In this document: piece after piece, positions 14,001 through 27,180 of the stretch
How positions within the stretch are numbered: the first letter of the stretch is position 1
Layout of the letters: each line of letters begins with the position of its first letter
Source: Octopus sinensis
Lineage: Eukaryota
Direction: 5' to 3'
DNA length: 64,000 bases
Assembly: GCF_006345805.1 (NCBI RefSeq)
Contig: NC_043003.1
Coordinates: 27,714,001-27,778,000, forward strand
Program-made: the position numbers and the translations under genes
Notes under the pieces: model-generated
What the model was told of the DNA's origin: nothing
Databases searched by the model: none
Seen by the model: the letters and a program-made list of their open reading frames with translations, nothing else

Positions 14001-14590
14001 AAGTCTGATGATGGTTGCTTCAGATAAAACCCTATAGAGGAGTATACAAGAACTCTACCCTAACAACCCTCCCAGAAATAGTGGGGGGGGAGATGGATAG
14101 ATGAATGAAGTGATGTGGACCCAAAATAGAGTGCTGTAAGAGACAACACAGATAAATTATGCTGGGCTTGAACGGATTCAGTTGGTCAAATGTTTGGTCA
14201 AACATACCAGGAAATACTAAATCCAGTGCAGTATATGCTATTTTTTACTTTTTACTTGTTTAGTCATTAGACTGTGGCCATACTGGGGCATTGCCTTGAA
14301 GAACTTTTAGTCAAATGAATCAACCCCTATCCTTTTGGGGTTTTAAGCCTGGTACTTATTCTATCAGTCTCTTCACCAAGTAAACATTGGGGTTCAATGC
14401 AATCACATGGCGTTGGGGGTCCTGTCAAATCATTTGACTTATGGCAGCATGGGCAAACAGGCATTAAAAGAAGATGATGTTGATGATGATGATGATGCTA
14501 TATTGCCACATACATATATATAAATAAATACAGAGAGCGAGGTGAGAGACAGTCAGGAAAGAAAAGACAGACAGGCAGATTAAGCCAAGC

Positions 14591-14622
<32 letters not shown>

Positions 14623-14952
14623 TGAGAGAGGGAGAGAGATAGAAACAGTTACGCAAACAAAAAGACAGACAGACACACAAGGTTAGACTGACAGACAGGC
14701 AAACAGGCAGATAGACAGACAATAAGAGACATTCCTCCAAGAATGTAAGATGTTTTCTTCTGGTGAGAATTTCCATTTGGAAAATACCAGAACTGACTTT
14801 GTGAAGTAGCAACAGCAGCAGCAACAACAACAACAACACTAATAGCAGCAGTAGTAACAATCCTAACAGCAACTGCATTGACAACATCAACCACAACAAC
14901 AACAAGAACTGCAGTAATAACAACCACAGCAGCTGTAACAGCATAGAGTTGG

Positions 14953-14983
<31 letters not shown>

Positions 14984-15223
14984 TGGGGTTGGTTGCAGGA
15001 GTGGTGCACAGAGGAGGAGGGAGAGGATATCAAGGACAATAACTATGTTTATGATGATGATAATGATGATTGTTACTGCCAGATCAAGAAGGCCTAAGAT
15101 GAAAAGGAGAAATGACAGTGATGATGATAGCAGTAAGGATAATGGTGGTGACGATGATTATGATGACGACAACGACAATGATAATGGTGATAACAATGAC
15201 AACTAATGGTAATGATGATTATA

Positions 15224-15400
15224 GGCGTAGGAGTGGCTGTGTGGTAAGTAACTTGCTTACCAACCACATGGTTCCGGGTTTAGTCCCACTTGGGCAAGTG
15301 TCTTCAACTATAGCCTCATGCCAACCAAAGCCTTGTGAGTGGATTTGGTAGACGGAAACTGAAAGAAGCCCGTCGTATATATGTGTGTGTATATATATAA

Positions 15401-15438
<38 letters not shown>

Positions 15439-15606
15439 GGAAAGTTTACGAAAATAAACAGAAGACAAAGGCAGGTGGTGTACAAACAAACAAATGTATT
15501 AGTATAGCGCTCAGGAATAGAAAAAGTCGTTTACATTTCGAGCCTACGCTCTTCCACAGAAAGATACACAGAAAAAAATAAGGAGAGAAAAAAATGCGTG
15601 TAGTAG

Positions 15607-15643
<37 letters not shown>

Positions 15644-15860
15644 CGTGTGTATGTTTATGCGTCTGTGTTCGTCCCCCCAACATCGCTTAACAACTGATGC
15701 TGGTGTGTTTACATCCCTGTAACTTAGCAGTTCGGCAAAAGACACCGATAGAATAAGTACTAGGCTTACAAAGAATAAGTCCTGGGGTCGACTTACTCGA
15801 CTAAAGGCGGTGCTGCAGCATGGCCGCAATCAAATGACTGAAACAAGTAAAAGAATAAAA
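15224..15860 (+). mobile_element. tRNA-head SINE (family A) with a family D element inserted in its internal microsatellite
   Basis: Head ggcgtaggagtggctgtgtggtaag...gggtttagtccca, internal (TA)n, tail ...gtcgacttactcgactaaaggcggtgctgcagcatggcc...aagtaaaagaataaaag. Other copies at about 19715-20212(-), 33005-33395(-), 33860-34160(+), 46890-47240(+), 50825-51345(+) and 52700-53305(+). Confidence 0.85.
15527..15564 (-). ncRNA. Minimal type I hammerhead motif (A6U family), inside family D element 15438-15608
   Basis: Minus strand TCTTT-CTGTGGA-A-GAGC-GTAG-GCTC-GAAA-T-GT-A-AACGA. Confidence 0.6.
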
Positions 15861-16199
15861 GAATGAAAGAAAATAGTAATGTCAATAATGATGATGATGA
15901 TGATGATGATGACCTGTTCTGATGGTGATAGTGGTGATGATTAATCCAACTAATCAATACTGCACACCCACACACGATACAATCTGAGCCAAGTCACTTT
16001 TGTAGTATTAAGCAACATCAATATTACCATCACTATCACCATTATCATTACCATTGTGAACATCATCATCATCACCACCATTCACTACAAACAGCAGCAT
16101 CAATAACTTTCGAGATTTTATGGTTATTTATGGAAATACAATTTATTATTCATGAGAAATGACTCAACACAACAAAAACAACAACAAAGATTTGCATAA

Positions 16200-18240
16200 T
16201 AGTAATAACGATAATAATAATTATCCTTTCTACTATAGGCACAAGGCCTGAAATTTGGGGGGTGGGGATGGGGGGAGGTCACTCGATTACAATAATGCCA
16301 GTACTCAATTAGAACCTCTTTCATCAACCCCCCTCCCCCCGTAAGGATGAAAGGCCAAATCTGAACTTGGCAGAATTTGAACTCAGATCATAAATGAATG
16401 GATGAAATGCCGTTAAGCATATTGTCTGGCACGCCAATAATTCTGTCAGCCCACTACCTTAAAATGGTATAAATTTTGGTACCAATGCCAGAAATTTTAG
16501 AGGGTTAGTTGATTACATCATCACCAGTGCTCTAATGGTATTTATTTTATTGATGGTGAGTTGGCAGAATTGTTAGCACGCCGAGTATTTCGTCTGCCAT
16601 TACGTTGTGTGTTCAAATTCCGCTGAGGTCGGCTTTGCCTTTCATCCTTTCGGGGTTGATAAATTAAGTACCAGTTACGCACTGGGGTCGATATAATTGA
16701 CTTAATCCATTTGTCTGTCCTTCTTTGTCTTCTCTGTGTTTAGCCCCTTGTGAGTAGTAAAGAAATAGGTATTTCGTCTGTCTTTACGTTCTGAATTCAA
16801 ATTCCGCCGAGGTCAACTTTGCTTTCCATTCTTTTGGAGTCGATTAAATAAGTACTAATTACGCACTGGGGTTGATATAATCAACTAAATCCATTTGTCT
16901 GTCCTTGTTTGTCCTCTCTGTGTTTAGCCCCTTGTGGGTAGTAAAGAAATAGGTATTTATTTTATTGACCTCAAAAGAATGAAAGGCAAAGTCAACCATG
17001 GCAGCATTTAAACTCAGAATGTGAGGCCTGAAGAAATACTGCTAAGCAGTTTGTACAGTGTGTTAATGATTTGATCAACTCACTGCCTTAAAAAGGCTTC
17101 AGATTTTGGAACAAGGCCAGTAATTTGGGGGGGGGAGTGCACTATTCAGTTATATTAACTCAAGTCCTCAACTGGTTCTTCATGATAATAATAATAATAA
17201 CCCTTTCTCCTATAGGCACAAGAACTGCAGTAATAACAACCACAGCAGCTGTAACAGCATAGAGTTGGCAATGTGTGTGTGTGTGTGTGTGTGTATGGGG
17301 TTGCTTGCAGGAGTAGTGCACAGAGGAGGAGGGAGAGGATATCAAAGACAATAACTGTGTTTATGATAATGATAATGGGGTACGTCAATAATCTTTTCTA
17401 CTATAGGCACAAGGCCTGACATTTTGGGGGAGGGGGATGGTTGATCACATCAACCCCAGTACTTAACTGGTACTTAATTTATTGACCTCGAAAGGATGAA
17501 GGGCAAAGTCGACCTCAGCAGAATTTGAACTCAGAGTGTAGCAGAAGACGAAATACCTATTTCTTTATTGCCCACAAGGAGCTAAACACAGAGGGGACAA
17601 ACAAGGACAGACAAAGGAATTAAGTCGATTACATCGACCCTAGTGCGTAACTGGTACTTAATTTATCGACCCCGAAAGGATGAAAGGCAAAGTTGACCTC
17701 GGCAGAATTTGAACTCAGAGCGTAGCGGCAGACGAAATACCGCTAAGCATTTCGCCTGGCATGCTAATGATTCTGCCAGCTCACCGCCTTTGGGGGTAAG
17801 TCAATAATATCAATCCCAGTGTTCAGGTGATACTTATTTTATTGACCCTGAAAGGATGAAAAGCAAAGTCAGTTCCTCACCCCATGGAATTTCAACTCGG
17901 AATGTAAAGACAGACAAAATTTTGGGGATGGGAGCCAGTCGGTTATACTAACCCTAGTGCTCAACTGGTACTTGTATAAAAGTCGATATCCCCCATGGAA
18001 TTTGAACTCAGAACATAAAGACAGATGAATGCCACTAAGCATGTCACCTGGTGTGCTAACAATTCTGCCAGTTCGCCACCATACTCATTGCCATAATAAT
18101 AATAATTATTATTTCTAATTTTGAGGGGAGGGAGTAAATTAATGTCATCAGCCCTAGTACTTGACTGGTATTTAATGTTTCTAATCCCTAAAGAATGAAA
18201 GGGAAGTTAACCCAAGTGGAATTTAAACTCAGAATTGCAA
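16200..18240. mobile_element. Cluster of at least 6 nested or adjacent family C SINEs in both orientations
   Basis: Repeated gagctggcagaa..ttagcacgcc head and tttcatcctttcggggtcgataaattaagtacc core: (-) 16215-16460, (+) 16555-16950 (two), (-) 16955-17090, 17390-17790, 17790-18240. Confidence 0.85.
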
Positions 18241-19105
18241 AGCATTTTTTTTCCAATGCGTTTTTTTTTTTTACTTGTTTCAGTTATTTGACTGCTGGAG
18301 CACCGCCTTTAGTTGAGGAAATCGACCCCAGGACTTATTCTTTGTAAGCCTAGTACTTATTCTATCGGTCTCTTTTGCCAAACCGCTAAGTTACGGGGAT
18401 GTAAACACACCAGCATCAGTTGTCAAGTTTACCATGGAGCTAAAACTAAAGAGTTTTAGAAAGACAGGACCAAAACGACCGCACAGCCCTACACTGATCA
18501 TGTTATGATGATAGTGCTAGAGGCGGTTTCATGATGGTTGTGATGTTGGTTGTGGTGATGGTGGTGGTAGTATTGTTGGTGGTGTTGGTGACAGTGGCGG
18601 TGTAGGTGCTGTTGGTGGTGCTCTTGGGGTGTCGGTAAAGGCGGTCTTGGTGGTAATATGATGTTAGTATTAGTTGTGGAGGACATGATACTAGTGTTAT
18701 GATGGTTGTGTTGTGATAGTATGATGATGATGGTGGTGGTGATGGGGTTGTTGTTAATTGTGTTGTCTTGTTGCAGTTAGTGTGTTAGATGATGATGATG
18801 ATGATAATGATGACAGCAACAGGCACAATGATGGCAATGATGATGATGATGACGATAAAGATGATGACAATGAATTATTAAGATAAACTGCTGCTCTATT
18901 GCGGGTTGTTCTGGTGTGTACCAGGGATAGACAAGGCCTTTAATTCCTGGTACTGTTAACTGAATGTCACGGTATGTCCAAATATAGATAACATTGGGGA
19001 GAAGGGGAAGATATGAAGAAAAGCAAATACACGAGCACACACAAACACGAGCAGCTTATATATGCATATGTATATGAAGATACACACACACACGTGTGTG
19101 CGTGT

Positions 19106-19140
<35 letters not shown>

Positions 19141-19256
19141 CATACAGGAGTAAGTGTAAGAATAAGCCAGTTAGGCAGATTGATATACAAAGGATATTTA
19201 ATACATTAAATACAAAAGATTTATACATGTTTAGATATATATACATATATATGTGC

Positions 19257-19295
<39 letters not shown>

Positions 19296-19296
19296 C

Positions 19297-19609
19297 GTGG
19301 AGGCGCAATGGCCCAGTGGTTAGAGCAGCGGTACCGCGGTCGTAGGAACGCGGTTTCGATTCCCAGACCAGGCGTTGTGAGTGTTTATTGAGCGAAAACA
19401 CCTAAAGCTCCACGAGGCTCCTGCAGGGGGTGGTGGCGATCCCTGCTGTACTCTTACGTCGCAACTTTCTCTCACTCTTTCTTCTGTTGGCCTGCTCGCT
19501 TAACCAGCGGGATGGCGTCATTTGAAGGCTAAAACAATGCGAAGCGCATTGTGACCAGCGATGTGTGGCAACATCTGAAAACCTGGTCGGTCACGGTGAT
19601 CATGGTGAT
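19297..19609 (+). mobile_element. tRNA-head SINE (family G), duplicated at 20419-20730
   Basis: gtggaggcgcaatggcccagtggttagagcagcgg...gcggtttcgattcccagacc (A and B boxes) followed by a non-tRNA body; third copy at 36128-36409(-). Confidence 0.85.
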
Positions 19610-19883
19610 ATATATATATATACACACACACAAGATATATTCATGTATATGTATACATGTGTTTATGTGCACGTGTGCGTGCATTTTTAAAAAATTCTTT
19701 CACTTGTTTCTGTCATTACACTGCAGCCAGGCTTTGCCATTGTCTTGAAGGGCTTAGTCAAACAAATCGACCCCAGAACTTATTTTTTTCTTTATAAACC
19801 CAGTACTTATTCAATCGGTCACTTTTACAGGGATATGAACCAATCAATACTGGCTGTCAAGCAATGATGGGGGACAAACACAA

Positions 19884-19914
<31 letters not shown>

Positions 19915-20212
19915 CTTTTACTTGTTTCAGTCATTTGACTGCAGTCATGCTGGAGCACCACCTTTAGTCGAGCAAATCAACCCCAGGACTTACTCTTGTA
20001 AGCCTAGTACTTATTCTATCAGTCTCTTTTCCCTGGGACGTAAACACCAGCATCGGTTGTCAGGCGATGTGGGGGGGGGGAGCAAAAACACAGACACACA
20101 CACACACACATACATATATACGATGGGCTTCTTTCAGTTTCCGCTTACCAAATCCAGTCACAAGGCTTTGGTTGGCCCGAGGCTATAGTAGAAGACACTT
20201 GCCCAAGGTGCC

Positions 20213-20249
<37 letters not shown>

Positions 20250-20378
20250 ATATATATACATACATACAGGAGTAAGTGTAAGAATAAGCCAGTTAGGCAG
20301 ATTGATATACAAAGGATATTTAATACATTAAATACAAAAGATTTATACATGTTTAGATATATATACATATATATGTGC

Positions 20379-20417
<39 letters not shown>

Positions 20418-20418
20418 C

Positions 20419-20730
20419 GTGGAGGCGCAATGGCCCAGTGGTTAGAGCAGCGGTACCGCGGTCGTAGGAACGCGGTTTCGATTCCCAGACCAGGCGTTGT
20501 GAGTGTTTATTGAGCGAAAACACCTAAAGCTCCACGAGGCTCCTGCAGGGGGTGGTGGCGATCCCTGCTGTACTCTTACGTCGCAACTTTCTCTCACTCT
20601 TTCTTCTGTTGGCCTGCTCGCTTAACCAGCGGGATGGCGTCATTGAAGGCTAAAACAATGCGAAGCGCATTGTGACCAGCGATGTGTGGCAACATCTGAA
20701 AACCTGGTCGGTCACGGTGATCATGGTGAT
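20419..20730 (+). mobile_element. tRNA-head SINE (family G), second copy within the tandem duplication
   Basis: Identical to 19297-19609 apart from a 1-bp deletion. Confidence 0.85.
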
Positions 20731-21004
20731 ATATATATATATACACACACACAAGATATATTCATGTATATGTATACATGTGTTTATGTGCACGTGTGCG
20801 TGCATTTTTAAAAAATTCTTTCACTTGTTTCTGTCATTACACTGCAGCCAGGCTTTGCCATTGTCTTGAAGGGCTTAGTCAAACAAATCGACCCCAGAAC
20901 TTATTTTTTTCTTTATAAACCCAGTACTTATTCAATCGGTCACTTTTACAGGGATATGAACCAATCAATACTGGCTGTCAAGCAATGATGGGGGACAAAC
21001 ACAA

Positions 21005-21035
<31 letters not shown>

Positions 21036-21330
21036 CTTTTACTTGTTTCAGTCATTTGACTGCAGTCATGCTGGAGCACCACCTTTAGTCGAGCAAATCA
21101 ACCCCAGGACTTACTCTTTGTAAGCCTAGTACTTATTCTATCAGTCTCTTTTCCCTGGGACGTAAACACCAGCATCGGTTGTCAGGCGATGTGGGGGGGG
21201 GGAGCAAAAACACAGACACACACACACACACATACATATATACGATGGGCTTCTTTCAGTTTCCGCTTACCAAATCCACTCACAAGGCTTTGGTTGGCCT
21301 GAGGCTATAGTAGAAGACACTTGCCCAAGG

Positions 21331-21371
<41 letters not shown>

Positions 21372-23248
21372 CATACATAAATAAATACATACATACATAC
21401 ATAGTCCTTTAGGGCCCTTGCTGATGCCATGTAAAAAGCACCCGTGTTGATGCCATATAAAGGTATCTATGCCGGTGCCACGTAAAAAAAGCACCCAGCA
21501 CATTCTGTAAAGTGGTTGGCATTAGGAAGGGCTTCCAGCTGTAGAAATCATGTCAAAACAGACAATTGGAGTCTGGCACAGTTCTCCAGTTCCTGTCAAA
21601 CAGTCCAATCCATGCCAGAAAATGATGATGATGATGATGATGATGGCAATAATGACAGGTCCCTTTCAGTTTCTGTCTGTCAAATCCACTCACAAGGCTT
21701 TAGTCGACCTGGAGCTATAGTAAAAGACACCCAAGGTACCACGAAATGGGACCAAATCCAGAACCTTACTGGTATTTGTAAACCTGGAATTATAGTAGAA
21801 GACATGAAGACATTTGCACAAGGTGCCATAGAGTAGGAATGCAGGCCAAAATCCCATGGGTTGCCAAGTGAACATCTTAAACTACAGAACCATATATGCA
21901 CCTATTCTCTTAATAATTGCTAAAAGTCACTCCAGTTGGTTCCTGTAGCTTAGGACATCACTTTGTATAATTTGCAAGATATCAAAGCTGATGACATGAC
22001 AGCTGAAATTTATATAGGTTTGTACCACATTTTTTGTTAGACTGAAACAACAGAGGTATTGTAGTCAGTCTTTGAACTGACAAATGTTATTGTGGATGTT
22101 GTGGTAGTTGGTATTAACCAGTCAGTGTTTACAAAGCCTTGCTTGACACACAAGGCAGTACAAGATAAAATCCTGTAAAATTTTAATGTTTGAGCAAACC
22201 TTGATGTTCTCTTTCATTTTATCACCACCACTGCCACTGCTGCAAAACCAACACCACCACCACCACCACAGCCATCTTCCCCCCTACCGCCACCTACACC
22301 ATCACCACCACAGTGTGTCAATAAGAGCAAACAATTAACCCAGCGAATAGGAAAAGTGCACACACATCACATGATGTGTGACAGATGACCAGATTTAACA
22401 ATAATAGCAATAACAACAAAGCTGGCAACAATGACAGCAACAAAGCAACAATGGCGCTTCTGCTTGGCTGGTCAACCTGCTAGAACTAGCAGTCAAATCC
22501 CCCTCAAATAACACACAGCTGCCTTCAAAGAAACAAAAGGATCACCACCACCACCACCACCACTGTCATCGTCGTCACCATCACCATCATTATTATCGTC
22601 ATCGTTGTCATCATTGTTCATCATCATCATCATTGTTATTTTAATGTCCCCTTTTCCACATGAGTTGCATGAAATTTTTTGAGACACATTTTCTATGGTT
22701 GACTGTCCTTCCTGTTGCTAGCCCTCACCTGTTTCAAAATAAGGCAATATTTTCCTCTATGACCAGACATGTTTTCATGGAAAATTGAAAATTAATGACA
22801 CTGCTGGTATAATGGCGACACTTGTTTATAACTATCATGTCTAATGTCAAGACAAGGAAACAGTAACATGCACACACATACATACGCATAGACACACATA
22901 TGCAATGGGCCTTTTTCAGATTCTGCCTACCAAATCCACTCACAAGACTTTGGTAAACCCAGAACTATAAGAAATAACACTGGCCCAAGGTACCACATAG
23001 TGGAACCATGGCTGTCTTAACAGCATTATAGGCAAATCAATGCATGGGGCCCTATAGTACCTATTTACTGACAGCAAGCCACAGCATACATAGATGAGAA
23101 TTGGGCCCTTATTTGGAAACAAGTGAGGATTAGTGACAGAAAGAGCATCCAGTCACAGAAAATTCACCCCAACAAAAATTTTGTCCAATCTATGTAAACT
23201 TGGAAAATTAATGTTGATGGTTATATATATATAAGTATGTATGTTATA

Positions 23249-23505
23249 GTGGAGGTGCGTGGCTTAGTGGTTAGGGTGTCAGCACCATGATCGTAAGATT
23301 GTGGTTTCGATTCCTGGACCGGGCAACGCATTGTGTTCTTGAGCAAAACACTTCATTTCACGTTGCTCCAGTCCACACAGCTGGCAAAAATTAGTAACGC
23401 TGCAATGGACTGGCGTCCTGTCCAGTTGGGGAGCAGATACGTCATAGAAACCGGGAAACCGGGCCCATGAGCCTGGCTAGGCTTTAAAAGGACGCATTTA
23501 TTTTT
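23249..23505 (+). mobile_element. tRNA-head SINE (family H)
   Basis: gtggaggtgcgtggcttagtggttagggtgtc...ggtttcgattcctggacc...tgttcttgagcaaaacacttcatttcacgttgctccagtccac. Confidence 0.8.
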
Positions 23506-23919
23506 TATTTATGCCAGTATGAAAAACAGAGGTTAAATGATGGTGCTGATGGTGTGTGTGTGTGTATGCATGTGTGTGTATACACACACATACACACAAT
23601 TTCAATGAAAAATGTACCAAAATATTTTAAGATGCAAACGAAAATCCATTTCATTATTATATATATTCACACACACACACATGCACGCGCACTCTCACAC
23701 ACACACACACACACGCACACACTATAATTTTCATTCTAAGTCATTAACATTGTGATAAAAACATAAAAGCCCAAAGAAATTTTTCAGAATTTCTTATTTT
23801 TAAATATAAAGTAGTTACTCGTTCTGTAATAGCCTTCTTTATCTTTTGGTAGGTTTTATAAATAAATATAATTATTTTTAGTTGTGACATTATCAGCTGG
23901 TAGTTAACTTCAATGTGAT

Positions 23920-24950
23920 CTTGACAAATAGCAGTTAACTTCAATATGGCCTTGCCACATGACAGCTAACTTCAGTGTGACCTTACCAGCCAGCAGTTAA
24001 CTTTAATATGGCCTTGTCTGATAGTAGTTATCTTCAATGTGGCCTTGCCACATGGCAGTTAAATTCAATGAGAGCATGTTGGATGTGGCAGTTGACTTCA
24101 TAGTGGCTTTATTGTATAGCAGTTTACTCCAATGTGGCCTTGTCATATAGCAGTTAACTTCAATGTGGCCTTGTCATATAGCAGTTTACTCCAATGTGGC
24201 CTTGTCATATAGCAGTTAACTTCAATGTGGCCTTGTCATATAGCAGTTAACTTCAATGTGGCCTTGTTATATAGCAGTTAACTTCAATGTGGCCTTGTTA
24301 TATAGCAGTTTATTTCAATGTGGCCTTGTCATATAGCAGTTAACTTCAATGTGGCCTTGTTATATAGCAGTTTATTTCAATGTGGCCTTGTCATATAGCA
24401 GTTAACTTCAATGTGACCTTGTCATATAGTAGTTAACTTCAATGTGGCCTTGTCATATAGCAGTTAACTTCAATGTGACCTTGTCATATAGTAGTTAACT
24501 TCAATGTGGCCTTGTCATATAGCAGTTTACTTCAATGTGGCCTTGTCATATAGCAGTTAACTTCAATGCAGTCATCTCAAATGAATGTGACCTTGACAGA
24601 AGGCAAATTTATTTTTAATGTAGCTTTGCCTGATGGCAGATAATTTTAATATGGCCTTGCCAGATGGCAGTTAACTTCAATGTGTGCATGTCTGATGGCA
24701 GTAATCTCCAATGTGGCCTTGCCAGATGGAAGTTAAATTCAATGAGAGCGTGTCTGATGTCAATTAACTTCATAGTGGCTTTATCATATAGCAGTTAACG
24801 TTAAGCAGTCATCTTCAATGTGGCCTCGTCAGATGGCAGTTAACTTTAATGTGGCCTTCTCACATGATTGTGGCCTTGCCAGAAGGCAGTTAACTTTTAA
24901 TGTAGCCTTGTCCGATATCAGTTAATTTTAATGTGTTGTTCTAACATAAA
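23920..24950. repeat. 31-bp minisatellite (GCAGTTAACTTCAATGTGGCCTTGTCATATA)n
   Basis: About 14-15 near-perfect units at about 24119-24570, flanked on both sides by degenerate units. Confidence 0.95.
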
Positions 24951-25051
24951 AAAAAATTCCTCACATCTGTACTAACCTGTTAAAAAAATTCCAAAGATTA
25001 TATGTTTTCAAGTCTTTAGGATGCAGTTTGAGTGAGATTTGCCCTCTAGCA

Positions 25052-25208
25052 CAGTGGTTCCCAACCTGTAGACTGGTGATCCACAAAGGTAATACTTGTG
25101 GGGTCTGGGAACATGTTAAGCTGACAGACCTTACAATATCCTGGGGTATATGGAAAAACTCACCTAAATAAAAGCGATCTTTGGTAATGAAAAGGTTGGA
25201 AACCACTG
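25052..25208. mobile_element. hAT (Charlie-like) MITE, 157 bp
   Basis: TIRs CAGTGGTTCCCAACCT / AGGTTGGAAACCACTG; 8-bp TSD ctctagca (25044-51) / ccctagca (25209-16). Confidence 0.9.
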
Positions 25209-25634
25209 CCCTAGCAGGTCCAGTAAGAGGCCTCCTTATTGGCTTGCTATAGTACCAGTTATCTACTGGTTAGATTTAACTATATTTTGAATGGTGAAAG
25301 CAAAGAGGTTGGTTCAAAACTTATTTCTTTGTCAGTGCATAATGATGTGTTTTTTTTCTGCATACTTGTCCATTTGTTTGTATTTGTTGTTGTTACTACT
25401 ATTATTGTTGTAGGTATTATTGCTGTTGTTACTGTTGTGGATGCTACTATTGTTGTTGAATCATTTGGTCACAATGATTATTCATCCTTTACTGTGAATC
25501 ATGTGACGTGTGACAAAGAGAGAGAGAGAGAGAGAAAGAGACCAAAAGTGAGCAAATGTGTATAAAGCAAGAGAGTGAGAGAGATGAAGAGAAGAAAGAA
25601 AATAATGTGAATGAGATGGAGAATGAGGTAGAAA

Positions 25635-25734
25635 NNNNNNNNNNNNNNNNNNNNNNNNNNNNNNNNNNNNNNNNNNNNNNNNNNNNNNNNNNNNNNNNNN
25701 NNNNNNNNNNNNNNNNNNNNNNNNNNNNNNNNNN
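25635..25734. other. Assembly gap (100 N, probably a placeholder of unknown size)
   Basis: Exactly 100 Ns. Confidence 0.98.
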
Positions 25735-26224
25735 TTCTGGTTGTCCTCCTAGTCCTGATCCTAAAGTCACTAACTACCAGTCTATGTTGTGGGGTACATT
25801 CTTCACCTGGGAAGGTTTTGGCATTTATAAGCAGCCATCTCTCCCTTTGCCTTGTAAGGATGTAGTCATATATATATATATATTATATATATTATTATAT
25901 CTATATATATATATATAAAGTAAATTCAAAATTGAAGAACAAACCCACACACACACATATATATATTTGTACATACACATACAATACAGACATACAGACT
26001 GGCAAACATTTATAGTACTAGTGTGTGTTTTTGAAAAAGAGGGAATATCTGAATGGAGCTGAGACAGATGTAAACACAAGGGTATAGATAAAAGACTGAA
26101 ATAGTAGGTGGGAGAGGGAGTGAAAGAGAGAGGAATATAGGGAGATAAAGAGAGGGATGGAAAGAGAAAGAATTAGAGAGTTAAGGAAGGAGAGAGAGAG
26201 AAGGAGAGAGACAGAGACAGACTG

Positions 26225-26472
26225 ATGGATATTTGTCTATAGATAGATATACAGATAGATAGATAGACAGATAGATAGATAGATAGACAGACAGATAGAC
26301 AGACAGATAGACAGATAGATAGACAGATAGATAGATAGACAGACAGATAGATAGACAGATAGATAGACAGATAGATAGACAGATAGATAGACAGACAGAT
26401 AGATAGATAGACAGATAGATAGACAGATAGATAGACAGATAGATAGACAGATAGATAGACAGATAGATAGAC

Positions 26473-26531
<59 letters not shown>

Positions 26532-26550
26532 CAGATAGATAGATAGATAG
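26225..26550. repeat. (GATA)n/(GACA)n microsatellite
   Basis: Direct reading. Confidence 0.95.
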
Positions 26551-27131
26551 AAAGGGAGAAAGAGAAAGAAAAAGGAAAGTGTAAGGAGAAAGGAAGACAG
26601 AGGAAATGAAAGAGTGAAAAAGAGAGAAATACAAAAATAAGAGAAAAAGAAAAAGTGAGAAAGAAAGAGAGAGACAGGCAGACAGACAGACAGACAGACA
26701 GATCACTAGAATCAAAGGAAAAAACAGAAAAAGTTATACAAATAGAATGAAAGAGAATGCTTGCAAATGTGTGTGCGTGTATGTGTGTGTGTGTGTATGC
26801 ACATGTGTGTGTGTGTGTGTGCGTGTGCGAGTGTCTACGTGTAGGTGTTTACAGACACTTGAATTAACTGGTGGTTTTGTCTGACAACAGAACAAGTGAT
26901 CGATAAACAATAGGCTACATCCATTCTGAAGAGGCAAACGCAGTCCACCCGCACAAAAGGTGGCCGACCACTTGGCTTTCAATTGCCTATACAAACATAT
27001 GTGCAATACACACACACACACACGTATATATATGTGCAGATATATATACGTGTGTGTATGTATCTATATATATATGTGCATGTGTGTGTGCATGTATATA
27101 TGTATATATATATATATTTATTTATAGAAGG

Positions 27132-27180
27132 AGCTTCTACAGGACTAGAACTGTTTCATTCAAATGAAATCATCAGGAAG

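Larger units (their letters stand above)
19137..21334. repeat. Near-identical tandem duplication, period 1122 bp, breakpoints in (TA)n tracts
   Basis: 19137-20212 matches 20259-21334. Differences seen: a 1-bp deletion, a 1-bp insertion and two substitutions. Confidence 0.95.

Noticed and set aside
19297-19370. tRNA gene call for SINE heads (also 23249, 15224, 12500 and others)
   Set aside because: A and B boxes are present but there is no closed cloverleaf or acceptor stem, and each runs into a shared SINE body.
21930-22176. Candidate minus-strand exon after ttttacag acceptor
   Set aside because: The phase-0 frame needed to follow the PTB exon stops after 16 codons; other frames show no TBC1D1/4 similarity.
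23920-24950. CRISPR-like array
   Set aside because: Contiguous 31-bp units with no unique spacers, no cas genes, eukaryotic context.
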